Positions 1 to 10,700 of a DNA stretch of 64,000 nt are shown in pieces. A model generated the notes under the pieces. That model saw nothing but the letters and a program-made list of their open reading frames with translations, was not told the origin of the DNA and searched no databases. Positions within the stretch are counted from its first letter, which is position 1, and the number at the start of each line of letters is the position of its first letter. This stretch comes from Rhizaria sp. SCN 62-66 (Eukaryota): the NCBI GenBank assembly GCA_001724265.1, contig MEDY01000042.1, forward strand, positions 248,001 through 312,000. The letters run 5' to 3'. The position numbers and the translations under genes are program-made.

Positions 1-1
1 G

Positions 2-1378
2 CTGTCTCCGTCCTCGCAACTGCCCCTTCAGTCACCGTCCGCTTACTCCCTGGAGCACCTCCGCTCGCTATCACAATTACAGTCGCAGTCGCAATCCCAG
101 TCAACATCACTGGCACCGTCAGAGCTGCAGCTGCAGTCTCAGTCAGAGTCGGTCCAATCTCAAGAAACTTCGGAAGCATTACCGCAGCCCCACAGCGCCG
201 GTGTGTTAGAACAAGAGCAGAATCATCAGCTGCAACCTGCGACGCCACTATCCTCGTTGTTGTTCGACGGTGTGCGTTCTCTATCGCTAGGAACCTCATC
301 CGATGCGCTGCAGCAGTCTTCATATGGCTACTCGGGTCAAGACCGACTAGTTCCCTTTTCGCCAGCCTCCAAAGCCAACGCAAAACGGTTGCGGAGTGCC
401 CGCGACGGTGGCGCTGTTGTGCTCGTTGCGCAGCATAGACAGGGTCAGCAGCAACAGGGCGGTCTACCGCCGATTGCGCCAGCTCGTGCCGAAGCCAAAT
501 TGCGCAGGGTCGAGGTTAAGCCGCTGCAGGCACACTTCCCCGTGCGCGCTAGCAAGTCAGCCGGTGTGAGTAGCAGTAGCAGTAGTCTTAGCGGCAGCGA
601 CATAACTGCAAGCGTTGCCACTGGCACTGAGGCAAGTACTCGCAGCAGCAACGACGAAGGCGGCGGTGACATCGACGACGACGACGACAACGACGACGAT
701 GATGAAACCGTTGCTCTCACAATGGCCGATGGCACTAGTACCGATGCAAGCAGCAGCACGCTTCACCGCAACTGGGTTGAACGTGGGGCTGGTGGCGTTA
801 AAAATAACAGCAACCTTCAAACGCCTAAGCAGCTTGTGGCTCATACCTCTCAGCTGGGTCTCAGCACGACCTCGGCCGCCGCCGAGGTGAGTAGCTCATC
901 GGGCACCTCCACAAGTTGGCATGGTGGCAAAACTCCGCGCAGGCAGCAGCGGCCGCGCGCGGCGTTTTTCCCGCATTCGCAGCAACAACAGCGCCAGCAG
1001 CAGCAACACAAGGATCATGATGTAGCAACGGCTCTGGGAGTCAGCACCAAGATTGTCGAGCCCGCGCTCTCTGCGGAGCAGCAGCAACTACTGCAACCCC
1101 AACAGAAACTAAATCAGTCTGCGACTGAGACCGACAGGTCCACTGCGACAACTCCGAGTGCGCGCACGAACGTTCAGACTCGGTCTGTGGCTTATGTCAC
1201 ATCTGAGGATAGCATTGCTGGCTCAAGTGTTTCCAGAGGGGCGGCGACTGCAAGCGCAAGTGAGAGCGCAACTGACACTGCAAGTATTCATGATTGTGTC
1301 AGTGGCAACAAGAGCAGTGCGAGCAGCAAAGGCAGTAAAACCCCGCCACACACGCGACAGACCCAGCAGAAGAAATGA
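2..1378 (+). CDS. 3' part of an unknown S/Q/A-rich low-complexity protein (5'-truncated by the window edge)
   Basis: The frame of ORF 203..1378 is open back to base 2 (LSPSSQLPLQSPSAY...). It ends in TGA at 1376-1378, followed by an abrupt switch to AT-rich UTR-like sequence. No domain recognised. Confidence 0.75.
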   Translation: MSPSSQLPLQSPSAYSLEHLRSLSQLQSQSQSQSTSLAPSELQLQSQSESVQSQETSEALPQPHSAGVLEQEQNHQLQPATPLSSLLFDGVRSLSLGTSSDALQQSSYGYSGQDRLVPFSPASKANAKRLRSARDGGAVVLVAQHRQGQQQQGGLPPIAPARAEAKLRRVEVKPLQAHFPVRASKSAGVSSSSSSLSGSDITASVATGTEASTRSSNDEGGGDIDDDDDNDDDDETVALTMADGTSTDASSSTLHRNWVERGAGGVKNNSNLQTPKQLVAHTSQLGLSTTSAAAEVSSSSGTSTSWHGGKTPRRQQRPRAAFFPHSQQQQRQQQQHKDHDVATALGVSTKIVEPALSAEQQQLLQPQQKLNQSATETDRSTATTPSARTNVQTRSVAYVTSEDSIAGSSVSRGAATASASESATDTASIHDCVSGNKSSASSKGSKTPPHTRQTQQKK

Positions 1379-1830
1379 ATAATCGTTTGAAAAACAATAA
1401 TATGAACAACAACAATTAGTTTTGATCGTTTGAAAATGTATACTGTATAGACTGATAAAAATAATAGAGATGACGAAGATAATAATAAGTCTTGCTGAGG
1501 CAATAATAAAAACCAAAACCAAACTTGAAAGATCGAAAAGATCAAAAAGAAACTACGCTCTGCAAACTGGAACAAATGTTATTGTGATGGAGCAAACATA
1601 AGAGTGACTGTAACAAAAACAAACATAACAACAACAACCAACAGAAATCTAACTTCCTAAGTATCTTCTTACACTTCTCATGCGCTTCGACAAAAACAAA
1701 ACAACATATCACAATCAATCACAGCCAACTAAATTGACTGCGTTTTAAGCAACGAATAGGGCAAACTCACACATTGTACCTGATCGTACATGTGTGTTTT
1801 CACTTTCTCAATTACTCTTTGTTATCCTCT

Positions 1831-4159
1831 TTACTTGTTGCTGTCCTTCCTGGGCCTGCCACCCTTGGGCATAATCCTCTCCTTCTCACTGTGCGAGCTG
1901 TGGTTACTCAGCGAGAATCCGGGAATAATATTAGCGCTCGTCGTCCTCGTCGCGAGCGCGAGCGGGGAGAGTCCGGCGCCGTTGGCGGGCGGGACGCCGG
2001 CGATGATTGACCCGCTGTTGGGCGCAAACCGCTGCTGGTTGGCACTCGCGGGCAGCACCCCGGGCAGCAGATTGCTCCCAGAGGCGCCGGCGGCCGCGAG
2101 TGCGGGAGAGGCGGCCATGGGCGCGCCGGGGCCGCCCGCGGCGGTGCTGCTGTTGGTGCTGCCGCTGGGCTGCCGGGACGAGCCCGACAGCGACGACGCC
2201 TGCATGGCGCCCGCAGCGGCGCTCGCGGTGGCGGCGGCGTTCGCAGCGTTTGACGTGTTTGAGGGAGCGGGCGCGGGTCCCAGCGTGGGGGACACCCAGG
2301 CCGTGTCGGGGAGGTAGATGGCCGAGACTCCGAGGTCCTCCCAGTCGAGCATGTCGACGTTGACCACGGCCGCGGAGGGTCCCGCGGCGCCCGGAACGGG
2401 GAAGCCGAAGCCGTCGTCGTCGTTGTCGTCGTCGCTGTCGGAGCAAAAGCAACAAGAAGTAAAGAAAAAATCAAAAATATTAGATGAAATAAGTGAGTTA
2501 TTATCATCTCCCAGGAAAAGTATCTACAATATATCATAGGTTCATCACCCGCAAGATCTCGAATTGACACGTACTCGTAGAGGTAGCCGAGGTCCTCGTC
2601 GTCATCGTCGTCGCTTGCATGCGTGCTACTGCTCTTCTTGCCACTGCCGCTTGCACCGCCGTCCTCATTGGCGGCGCCGCTGCTGCTGTCGGTGAGGTTG
2701 TTGGAAATGCGGCGCCGCTTTTGCTGCTTCTGACCCTTGTGCGCGCGCTTGCGGCCCTTGGTGCCCACAGTGGAGTCCTCCAACGCAGCGCCGCTCGCCT
2801 CAGCCTCAGCGTCGGCACCGGCGCCGGCGCTGCGGCTCTCGAGGTCGCTGTCGCTGTCGCTGGATTCGTCGCTGTTGGCCTCCTCCTCGTCGTCGTCGTC
2901 ATCCCCGCTCTCGCTGTCGCTCTTGTCGTTAGACCGACTGCGGCCCGCCGCGGCCGCCAGCGCGGGCGAGTGCATCTTTGACTTGGCCCAGGTGCTGATG
3001 AGCAGCACGCGGCGCAGCGCGGGCGAGTAAAGGAAGTACACCGCGGACCAGAGCTTGTTGCCCAGCAGCGGCGAATCGGGGTCCGGGAGGTAAATGTACG
3101 CCGTCAACGTGTCGAGTGAACCGATCGCGTCTTCGACCCCCTGCCAGAACTCGTCTTTGATGCCCTCGTGCACACTCTGCGCGGGCCGCAGCACGTTCGC
3201 GTCGATCGTCATCTTAACCGTCGAGACGTCCGTCGCGCGCCCGAACGCCGAAGCGTCAAGCGACGAGAAGTCGTAGTCGGGATACGCTGCATTGAGCGTG
3301 GTGACAAGAGAGATGAGGAGCTTTTGCGCAGGGATGGTCGAGATGTCGCCCAGCGGCGTCGTCAGAGAGGCCTGCGCGGCCAGCATAGCGCTAATGCGGC
3401 GTTTGAGACGCGCCTGGATGTAGCGCGCAAGGCGCTTGTCGTCCTTTGTACGCTTACCTTCGCATGCGTCACAGCAAGCGCAAGCGGGTGAGAATGAGGA
3501 CCAGGGTAAGATATAGACGCAAATCCAAGTGAGACACTGTTTAAACTTTCGATGAATTGCTTATATTGATAAAGTCTATCTTTGAGTAAAGTGGGTGATG
3601 ACACGTGATCAAAACGGATCGATATGGCGTAATGTGCATAGTTGTGTGGATTTTGAACGAGAAACGTACAGGAGTAAGTCTCTGCGCGGACAACAAGGAT
3701 GTGGTCGCCGAGATCAAGGCCGCGAAGAGCCATGCTTACTCGGCTCAAGCCTGTGCATGGGCAGACGACGACCAAAAGCATAGGCAGGGGGGCGCAGATG
3801 CGTGTTAAGGTATGGCAGGGGAAAGTGTGAGTTGGGGCGCGAAAGGAGAGGGACGTTCAAGCAGGGGTCATGTGTAGTGAGAATAAAGCATATATGGACA
3901 CACAGACAGTGGGGCCGGTAGAAAAACAAGTGTGCCAATAGAGGCAGCGACTTGCATCGAGGTTATAGTTAGAAAGTAACCAAGGGGCGTGGCTGGGAAA
4001 GAGGCACGAGGTGGGGCGTCGCGAGGCATGGCAGGCAGGTGCACAGATGCACGCATTTGAGAATGACAACAAGCGATGTGCGCCCTGTAGCGGTGTGGAT
4101 GCAAATAAAAATTAAGTGGGAATGCGAGAAAACGTACTGGGGTATGTCAAGAACTTCAT
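1831..4159 (-). CDS. MAF1: Maf1, repressor of RNA polymerase III; 4 exons (4159-4138, 3750-3670, 3457-2575, 2434-1831), ~529 aa
   Basis: The spliced product reads MKFLTYPSLSRV...LDLGD...RAETYSCKRTKDDKRL (box A), LVTTLNAAYPDYDFS (box B) and YIYLPDPDSP...LWSAVYFLYSPALRRVLL (box C), then an acidic tail. All three introns are GTACGT...AG with consistent phase, and the exons sum to 1590 nt. Confidence 0.93.
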
Positions 4160-4403
4160 GGTGAAGCACTCGAGGATGCAAGAAGTTGAAGCTTGGGGGA
4201 GGGCTGATGAATGGTCACAGGAAAGAAGGAAGCAGAGTGAGCGGCACAGTCCATCAGTGAAGCCTGTATAATGAATTCAAAGAGATAATGTGCGGGGGAA
4301 AATGGTGTTTAAATTAAAGGCACACCAACACGGCAACTGAGTCCGGTAAGTCCGATCGTGCAACTGCTGGCTCAGATCTTTTTGTGGTTTAGTCAGCCAG
4401 TAG

Positions 4404-4420
4404 CGGTTCCGAAAAAAATG
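4404..4420 (-). promoter_or_regulatory. Candidate promoter element CATTTTTTTCGGAACCG upstream of MAF1, in the divergent MAF1/giant-ORF spacer
   Basis: An identical 17-mer lies at 14045-14061 upstream of cathepsin C, in the same orientation relative to the gene. Confidence 0.55.
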
Positions 4421-4726
4421 AGTCGACTGCCAATACACTCGCTGAGCCCGATGTTAAATTACTTCTAATCATTTGCATTTTCCGTTAATAGATGTGCAAT
4501 TGGTATCTTACAAGATGCTGAGAAATTTTATTTTATGTTCTCTATTTATAATGTTTAAAATCGTTGTTTGAACTCCCAAATCCTAGTCTCCGATCAGCGT
4601 TGCCTCACCGTCTTTCACATGCTCCTCACGTTCACTTTGTCGTGCTGTACATCCTTAGACCGTCAAGGTCTTTCTTTATAGCTACTCTCGCCTTACTTGG
4701 TTGGGTTTTTTCTACCCTTCGACGCC

Positions 4727-7700
4727 ATGTCGGCTCCCTACGGTGCCTCACAAGGCACCGGCTAGCAGGAGACCGCACAGCACACCGCCGGTGTGTCAAC
4801 CCCCTTGCCGCAACCCTTGTATAGTGCACGTAACTCTCCTCCGCAATTGCTGCACGGCGGGCAGAATGCTCTGGGAGATCCGCTGCTTTTGCATCCCATT
4901 GCTGTCCAATTTGGCCACTCACCTCTGCCCGGACAAACCACGTCCATGGGCAATCCCTTCAGTCAAGTCAACGTTCACGCCGGCCCTGTCAGCGCGCTTG
5001 GCTCGAACGGTATGCCCGGGCTTATGTATGGGCATGCCGGGGCCTCGCATGGGCCGGGCACTGCTGGCTATGTGCAACATGCGCCACTGCATGCTCCTGC
5101 CCGTCACATTGCAGCCCAAGATAAGGCTGCCACCAAACGTAAGGCGAAAGAAGCCGCTGCCGCCGCTGCAGCTGCCGCTGCCGCCGCTGCCGCTGGTGCC
5201 GCTGGTGCAGCAGCTGCTGCTGCTGCTGCAGAGCATGATCGCAGTAAACGCGAGCGTTCCGAAGCCGCTCCCGCCGCGGCTGCCAAGAAGACCACCGACG
5301 AGGCGACTAACGATGGAGAGATGACCCCCACGAGTACGTCTGACGTCCCCGTCATGTCTGCGCAGCGCAGGGCCGAGCTGGCGGCACGCCGCATCGCCAG
5401 GGAAGAGGCTGCGGCGAAGCGAATGCCTGATGCGGCGGCTGCTACCGCTGTTTTCAACCAAAAACTGTTGTATCTTAATGCAGGACGAGCGGTGGCTCGG
5501 CGCCAAAACGGCGCAGTCAATCCCGAAGTGCATGGGTCTGCTGCTGCTGCTTCTGCTGCTTTGGTCCCCCCATCTGCAGGTAAAAGCGCTAGTCTTCGCA
5601 CCAAAGGAATGTTGGAAGACATGGCTGCTACACTCGCTGATACCAACGTGGCCGATGCTGTCGCAGACCGCGCGAGCGATCTCTGGGACAACTTCGGCGA
5701 CCACGGCACGAGCTCACTCGCGCGCACTGGCGCGATCCGTAAGTCCAACGTGAGCAATGTGCACAGCTTGTCTGAAGCTGTTGAGATCGACGCTAGTGAT
5801 GGTGTCCGTAATGTATCTTCTCAGCAAAACCAGCGGCAGACGCAGCAGCGAGAACAGCCGCTACTGTTTGTCATTCCTCGTCGCAAGCAGGGCATCGCGA
5901 ACTCTCATGATGCCAGGGCTATCACTGTTTGTCACTCGCCCGGTGATACCAGGACGGCCGCTGCTGATGTCGATCTGGCGGCGAGCGATGCATGTGACAG
6001 TGCGGCGATGTCGGCGGCATCTAAGTCTGCGGCTATTGTTGCTCATATCGATCAGGTTGACGGTGCAGCTAGCGCCGCGGCCGCGAGCGCTGCTGCCGTT
6101 GGTTCTGCCGCCACTGCTGCTGCAGCGTCACTGCACTTGCTGTCACAGTCTCCCCGCGCCACCGCTCCTCGGTCTGCAGCCTCAGCAGCCGCGCTCACGA
6201 GTCCTGCACCGCGCGTTCTGTTCGAGTCCTCGCTGCTCGCCGAAGCCAGCGTGCTTCCGGAGACGAGTCGTTCGAAACGCCGCGCGCGCCGTGCCGCCGC
6301 GCACGAGGCCGACGAGGCTGACGCACGCGACCTGACTCTGCCGCCGGAGGAGCGCGCGGCGGCCGCGGCGCGGGTTGCGGAGCGCGCCGAGAAGCGCAAG
6401 GTTGCAGCGCGCAATGCGGCGATTGCGAGTGAGAAGAAGAAGCTGTTGGAGCGCGATGCTGCCATCTCTATCGATGCAAAGCTCAGGGAGACTGCTCCTG
6501 AGTTCGAAGACACGATGGCGAGGACGCGCGAATTCCTCACCGCTGTTAACGGGAGCAAGGCTCGCGACCCTAAGCAACGGCAAGATAATGATGACCTTGA
6601 TTTAGCGGATATCTTTGATAGCAGTGATGATGATGATGATTTGGGTCTAGATTTGTTTCTCGGCGCTTTCGCTTCCCGTGACAAGCTTAGTATGAAGTCC
6701 ACCAAGAAGAAGCGTGAAAAAGCGAGCAAGAAGACTGTTAAACGCAGCCCCGCAAAGGCCGAGGCAGCACTTAGGGCTGCAGCTGTGCCACAAGAAGCCA
6801 ACGCTACCTCTAGCACTGCAGAAAGTGCCCTCGTCGCCGCCTCTGGGACCAGCTCTGGCAAGCGCAGGCTCGGGTCTAAGGGGCCTGAGGCTCCCGTCGA
6901 ACTTAACGAAGAAGAGGGTGATTTGCTGACTCAAAGTCATCTCGCTGCGGTGATCGCCTCTACTGAAGCCGCGAACCGCGCTGCGGGGCACAAGAGCACG
7001 AGCAAGAACCAGAAGAACGTGGCAGTCAGCAGGAGCAATGACAAGTCACGAGTGCAGTGCCTCAAAGATGCCACTACTGCGGCCCCTGCTTCACGCACTG
7101 GTGACGCTGACTCCGACTCGAACGATGACGAAAACTTGCTCTTTCTTCTCACGTCTGACTCAGACCTTCTCAGCGATGATGACGCAAAGTCGCAACAGTC
7201 TCAGCCTGAGGGTGATGACTCGGATCACGCTGTCGCGAATGCCAAGCCCAAGCGCAAGCGGCTGACTGCGGAAGACCGTGCCATTCCTCGCTCCCACGCT
7301 GCTGCTAAGGCGGAAGCGAAAGCGAAGCGCCGAGCAAGCAAGATGGAGCCCGATATGGCGAGCAAATTGATTGCCAAGGCGGCCAAAGCGCGGCGCGCTG
7401 CCGATCGCGAGAAGGCTCGGATCGAGAAGGCCAAGCGGAAGGAGGAGCGCGCCCGAGTCAAGGCGCAGCGTAACGTTGAGAAAGACAGGGCGAACGCTGC
7501 AAAGATCATTGCTCGGATGGCTGCGAAGGAGAAGGCTGAGGCCAGGGCGAAGAAGTGTGTTGCTGGTGCTGCTGCTGATGCTGATGACGATGACGACAGT
7601 AACGCACATGCTGACGAGAGTGATAACAACAACGGCGACGATGACGATTCGGAGGCTGAGGCTGAAGCTGAGATTGCTGCAGCTCATTATGCCGCAAGTG

Positions 7701-10700
7701 CTCTTGTCGCTGCCAAAGCCCACCAAGCGTACGAAGAGAGCAAGGCGCGCGAGCTGGCCCGGCTGCAAGGACTGGGGCCGGCGCGTATGCAAGTAATCTT
7801 ACGGCTCGAGGCGCACACGCAGAGGATGTTTGAGCTGAAAGAGCTGCAGCAAGGGAAAACGCGCGCGCTGCAACGCAGGGCCTTGATGTTGGGTGAGATT
7901 CCCCCTCGTGTTGTTTCTCTCGACACTGCGGCTAACAACAATGCCAGCAGAGACAACGGTGTCGGCAGCGGCAGCGTTCAGAGTTCTCCCTCAGTCAGGA
8001 CTGTCAATCCGACTGCGACTGTGAGCGAATCGCAGCTGAAGAAGCTGCAACGTGCAATGACATTCATTTCCACGCTCACTGACACACGCACACCTCGCAA
8101 CAACGACGAGGAGAATGTTAGTCGCACTCGCTCATTTCGCACAACGGAAAGTCACACGACTCCTGCAAAGTCCGACTTGACTGTCATGACCCGGCCTGAC
8201 TTTGAGCCTTGCTCTACTCCTATCACAGACACAGACAGCGATGCCCCGAAGCAGCCTTCAATTAGCAACAGGCATATTGCCGTCGCGTGTGCACTCCGTT
8301 TGTCGTCATTCATGATGACTCAGGCAGCGCTGTCTCCTTTCCCGTCTTGCTTCACGAGCAACATCAGCGGCAACAACGCCTTGTTGCAGCGCCAACTCTG
8401 GCCTGCGTTGCAACCGCAGGATCATGGTGTCATTACGAAGCAATCTTAGCAATGGTTCTATCGCGTATTCGCTGATGTTATCAACAGGAAGCGCCAGATG
8501 AATAACAGCGCTGCTCTAAGCCGCAATGTGCGTCGCCGCCCTCGCTCTCGTCTCAGCGCTCACAGCGGTATTGACGCTGATGACAACGATTATGCGAACG
8601 ATGATGAGGACGAGGATGATGTGAGCTTTAATTATGCTGGTCGTGACGGCAAGCGCTCGCGCTGTGCTGCTGGTGTGGCATCCGCCTCCGTCTCTGACGT
8701 CGATTCTGTTGGGGCTGATGCCGAAGTGCGCATCGCGGAGACTGCATCTACTCACATGGTCCCGCACTTTTACAAAACGCGTGATGAGCAGAAGTACAAT
8801 GAGTATTATGCGAGTGCACTTGAATACGCACGTGACACAATCACATTGCGTGGCGTGGTGAACGCGAACATTGCGTTTGCTTCCGCACCGACAACATCCT
8901 CATCGGTAATGCATCCAGACAAATTCACGCCTCGTGGAGCGCTTGGAACTGAAGAAACGAAATTGCTTGATCTTAAAGCGACCGACGCGCACCATCAGGC
9001 GATTGCAAGCAAACGCACTGATGCAAGTGAAGAGTGTGCACAGCAAGTTGCCGCTCAGGAGAAAGCGGTGTTAGTGTCATTGACAGACGCGTTGACGGCT
9101 GTTTTCAAGAGTATCAACCCGCTCGATGACGTGCTCGCGTCTTCCATCGCGCTTGCGCAGCAGCAGATCAAAAGCTCGAGCATCGACGACTTGGATCCCA
9201 ACAGCACGCACTCCGGCTCGAGTGGGAGCGCAACCATTCACCGCGACCGTGAGGGCAACAACGAGTTCGCGCAAGCGCAGCGTGTTTACGACCACAAGCG
9301 TCGGTGTCACGCACAACTCGAGCGGCTGTCGCGCGCAAACGCGCGCCAGAGGGGCCGTACCGCTGTGGCCGCGGCGGCCGCGCTGCGCTGGTGCAACATT
9401 GCGATGTCGGCTGAGGCTATTGCGGTCACTGGCACGGAGCTCTCAGACTGTGACTCTGACGACGAGTCTAGTTTGGGCTCAGGGTCTGTTCAGACCAACC
9501 TGAGCTCCAGCTCAAGTGTAAATGCGAGTGCAAGAGCCCATGTTGCTGATCATGTCACAGGTTTGCCAGCTAATATTAATGTCATCGAGAGCAGTGACAT
9601 CGATGACATACTTTTTGTCTCATGTCTTTTGACCCAGCGTGCGACAAGCGCCTCTGACCAACCCTTCCCAGAGTCAGCGCTCGCGCTTATCAAGCCGTTG
9701 CACGCGCTGCGCCGCGAGTGTCGGCGTTTGCTGTCACTGCGCCGCCGCGCCGTTGAGGTCGCGCTCGAGCCACAGCAAAGGCTGATGCTTGCGCTTGGGC
9801 TCAGCGCGGCGTGGTGTGGTACCGTGGACCTGCAGGAACCCTCTCTCAGGGGGTACTTGATCGACAGTCCGACCAATGTGAGCACTAAGCCAAGCAAGCA
9901 TATTATCGCAAGATCTGCCCATGACAGTCGTGTCATCGGTGGCGAAATTGAGAATGATGTTTTGACTACGATTCAAAAGAATCTCGGTGATTTACAAATT
10001 GCTTTTGACAGCAAGCCAACTCTGAACAACAACTCGGATGGCAGTGTGCATGTGCATCCAGACCTCTTAAGGAACAGCAGGGACGGCAAATCGCATGCAC
10101 GTGCCCAGCCATCACTACTTGTGAAGCAGGAAAAGCCAACACATTCTTTAGTCAAACCACGAAAGGAACTCCGTCCCGTCAACTCTTCGAATGACAACGA
10201 CGATGCAGCTGATGTCACTCTGTTTCAGCACCATGACCCGTATTCTGACGGAAACAACGCATCCTACGACGGTAGCGGTGCAGGCACAAGCACTTCCGAT
10301 TACAGCAACACTGTGAACCGTGGCAATGGCGTATCGTTATTGTTACCACGGACGAATCCCTTGCAACTGTTTCCGTCAAGCCAAAGCCAAACTAGCAAAA
10401 AGACTGCGAACAACCAGAAGGTCTCCAGTGACTCCAGGGTTGTATCTTTTGCCCACCCTCACAAGAGGCTGAGTACATCTCAAAGCAGCAATGTTGATGT
10501 TTCTCACGCTAATAATCAGACACATTGTATCTTGACGGTTTCGGCCGGGTTACAACGGACGCTTTGCTCTGCTTACGCGTTTGCGACGCTCACTGCCCGT
10601 GGACGCTTCCCAGGATTTGACAGGGCCATGCTGCCCGCAACGGACACTCTTGCAGATGGTTTCTGCCATGTTAAAGATGAGACGCTCTCAAAGGTGCGTG

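Noticed and set aside
8428-8497. An intron removing the TAG at 8447
   Set aside because: The best-looking pair (G|GTGTCA...AACAG|) shifts the frame. Frame-preserving options need a non-consensus GTCATT donor and a 21- or 69-nt intron, unlike the 120-390-nt introns elsewhere. Disfavoured, but not excluded without RNA-seq.
8449-8498. Two independent genes 48 nt apart
   Set aside because: There is no room for UTRs or a promoter, the linker is in frame and stop-free, and every other spacer is hundreds of AT-rich nucleotides.
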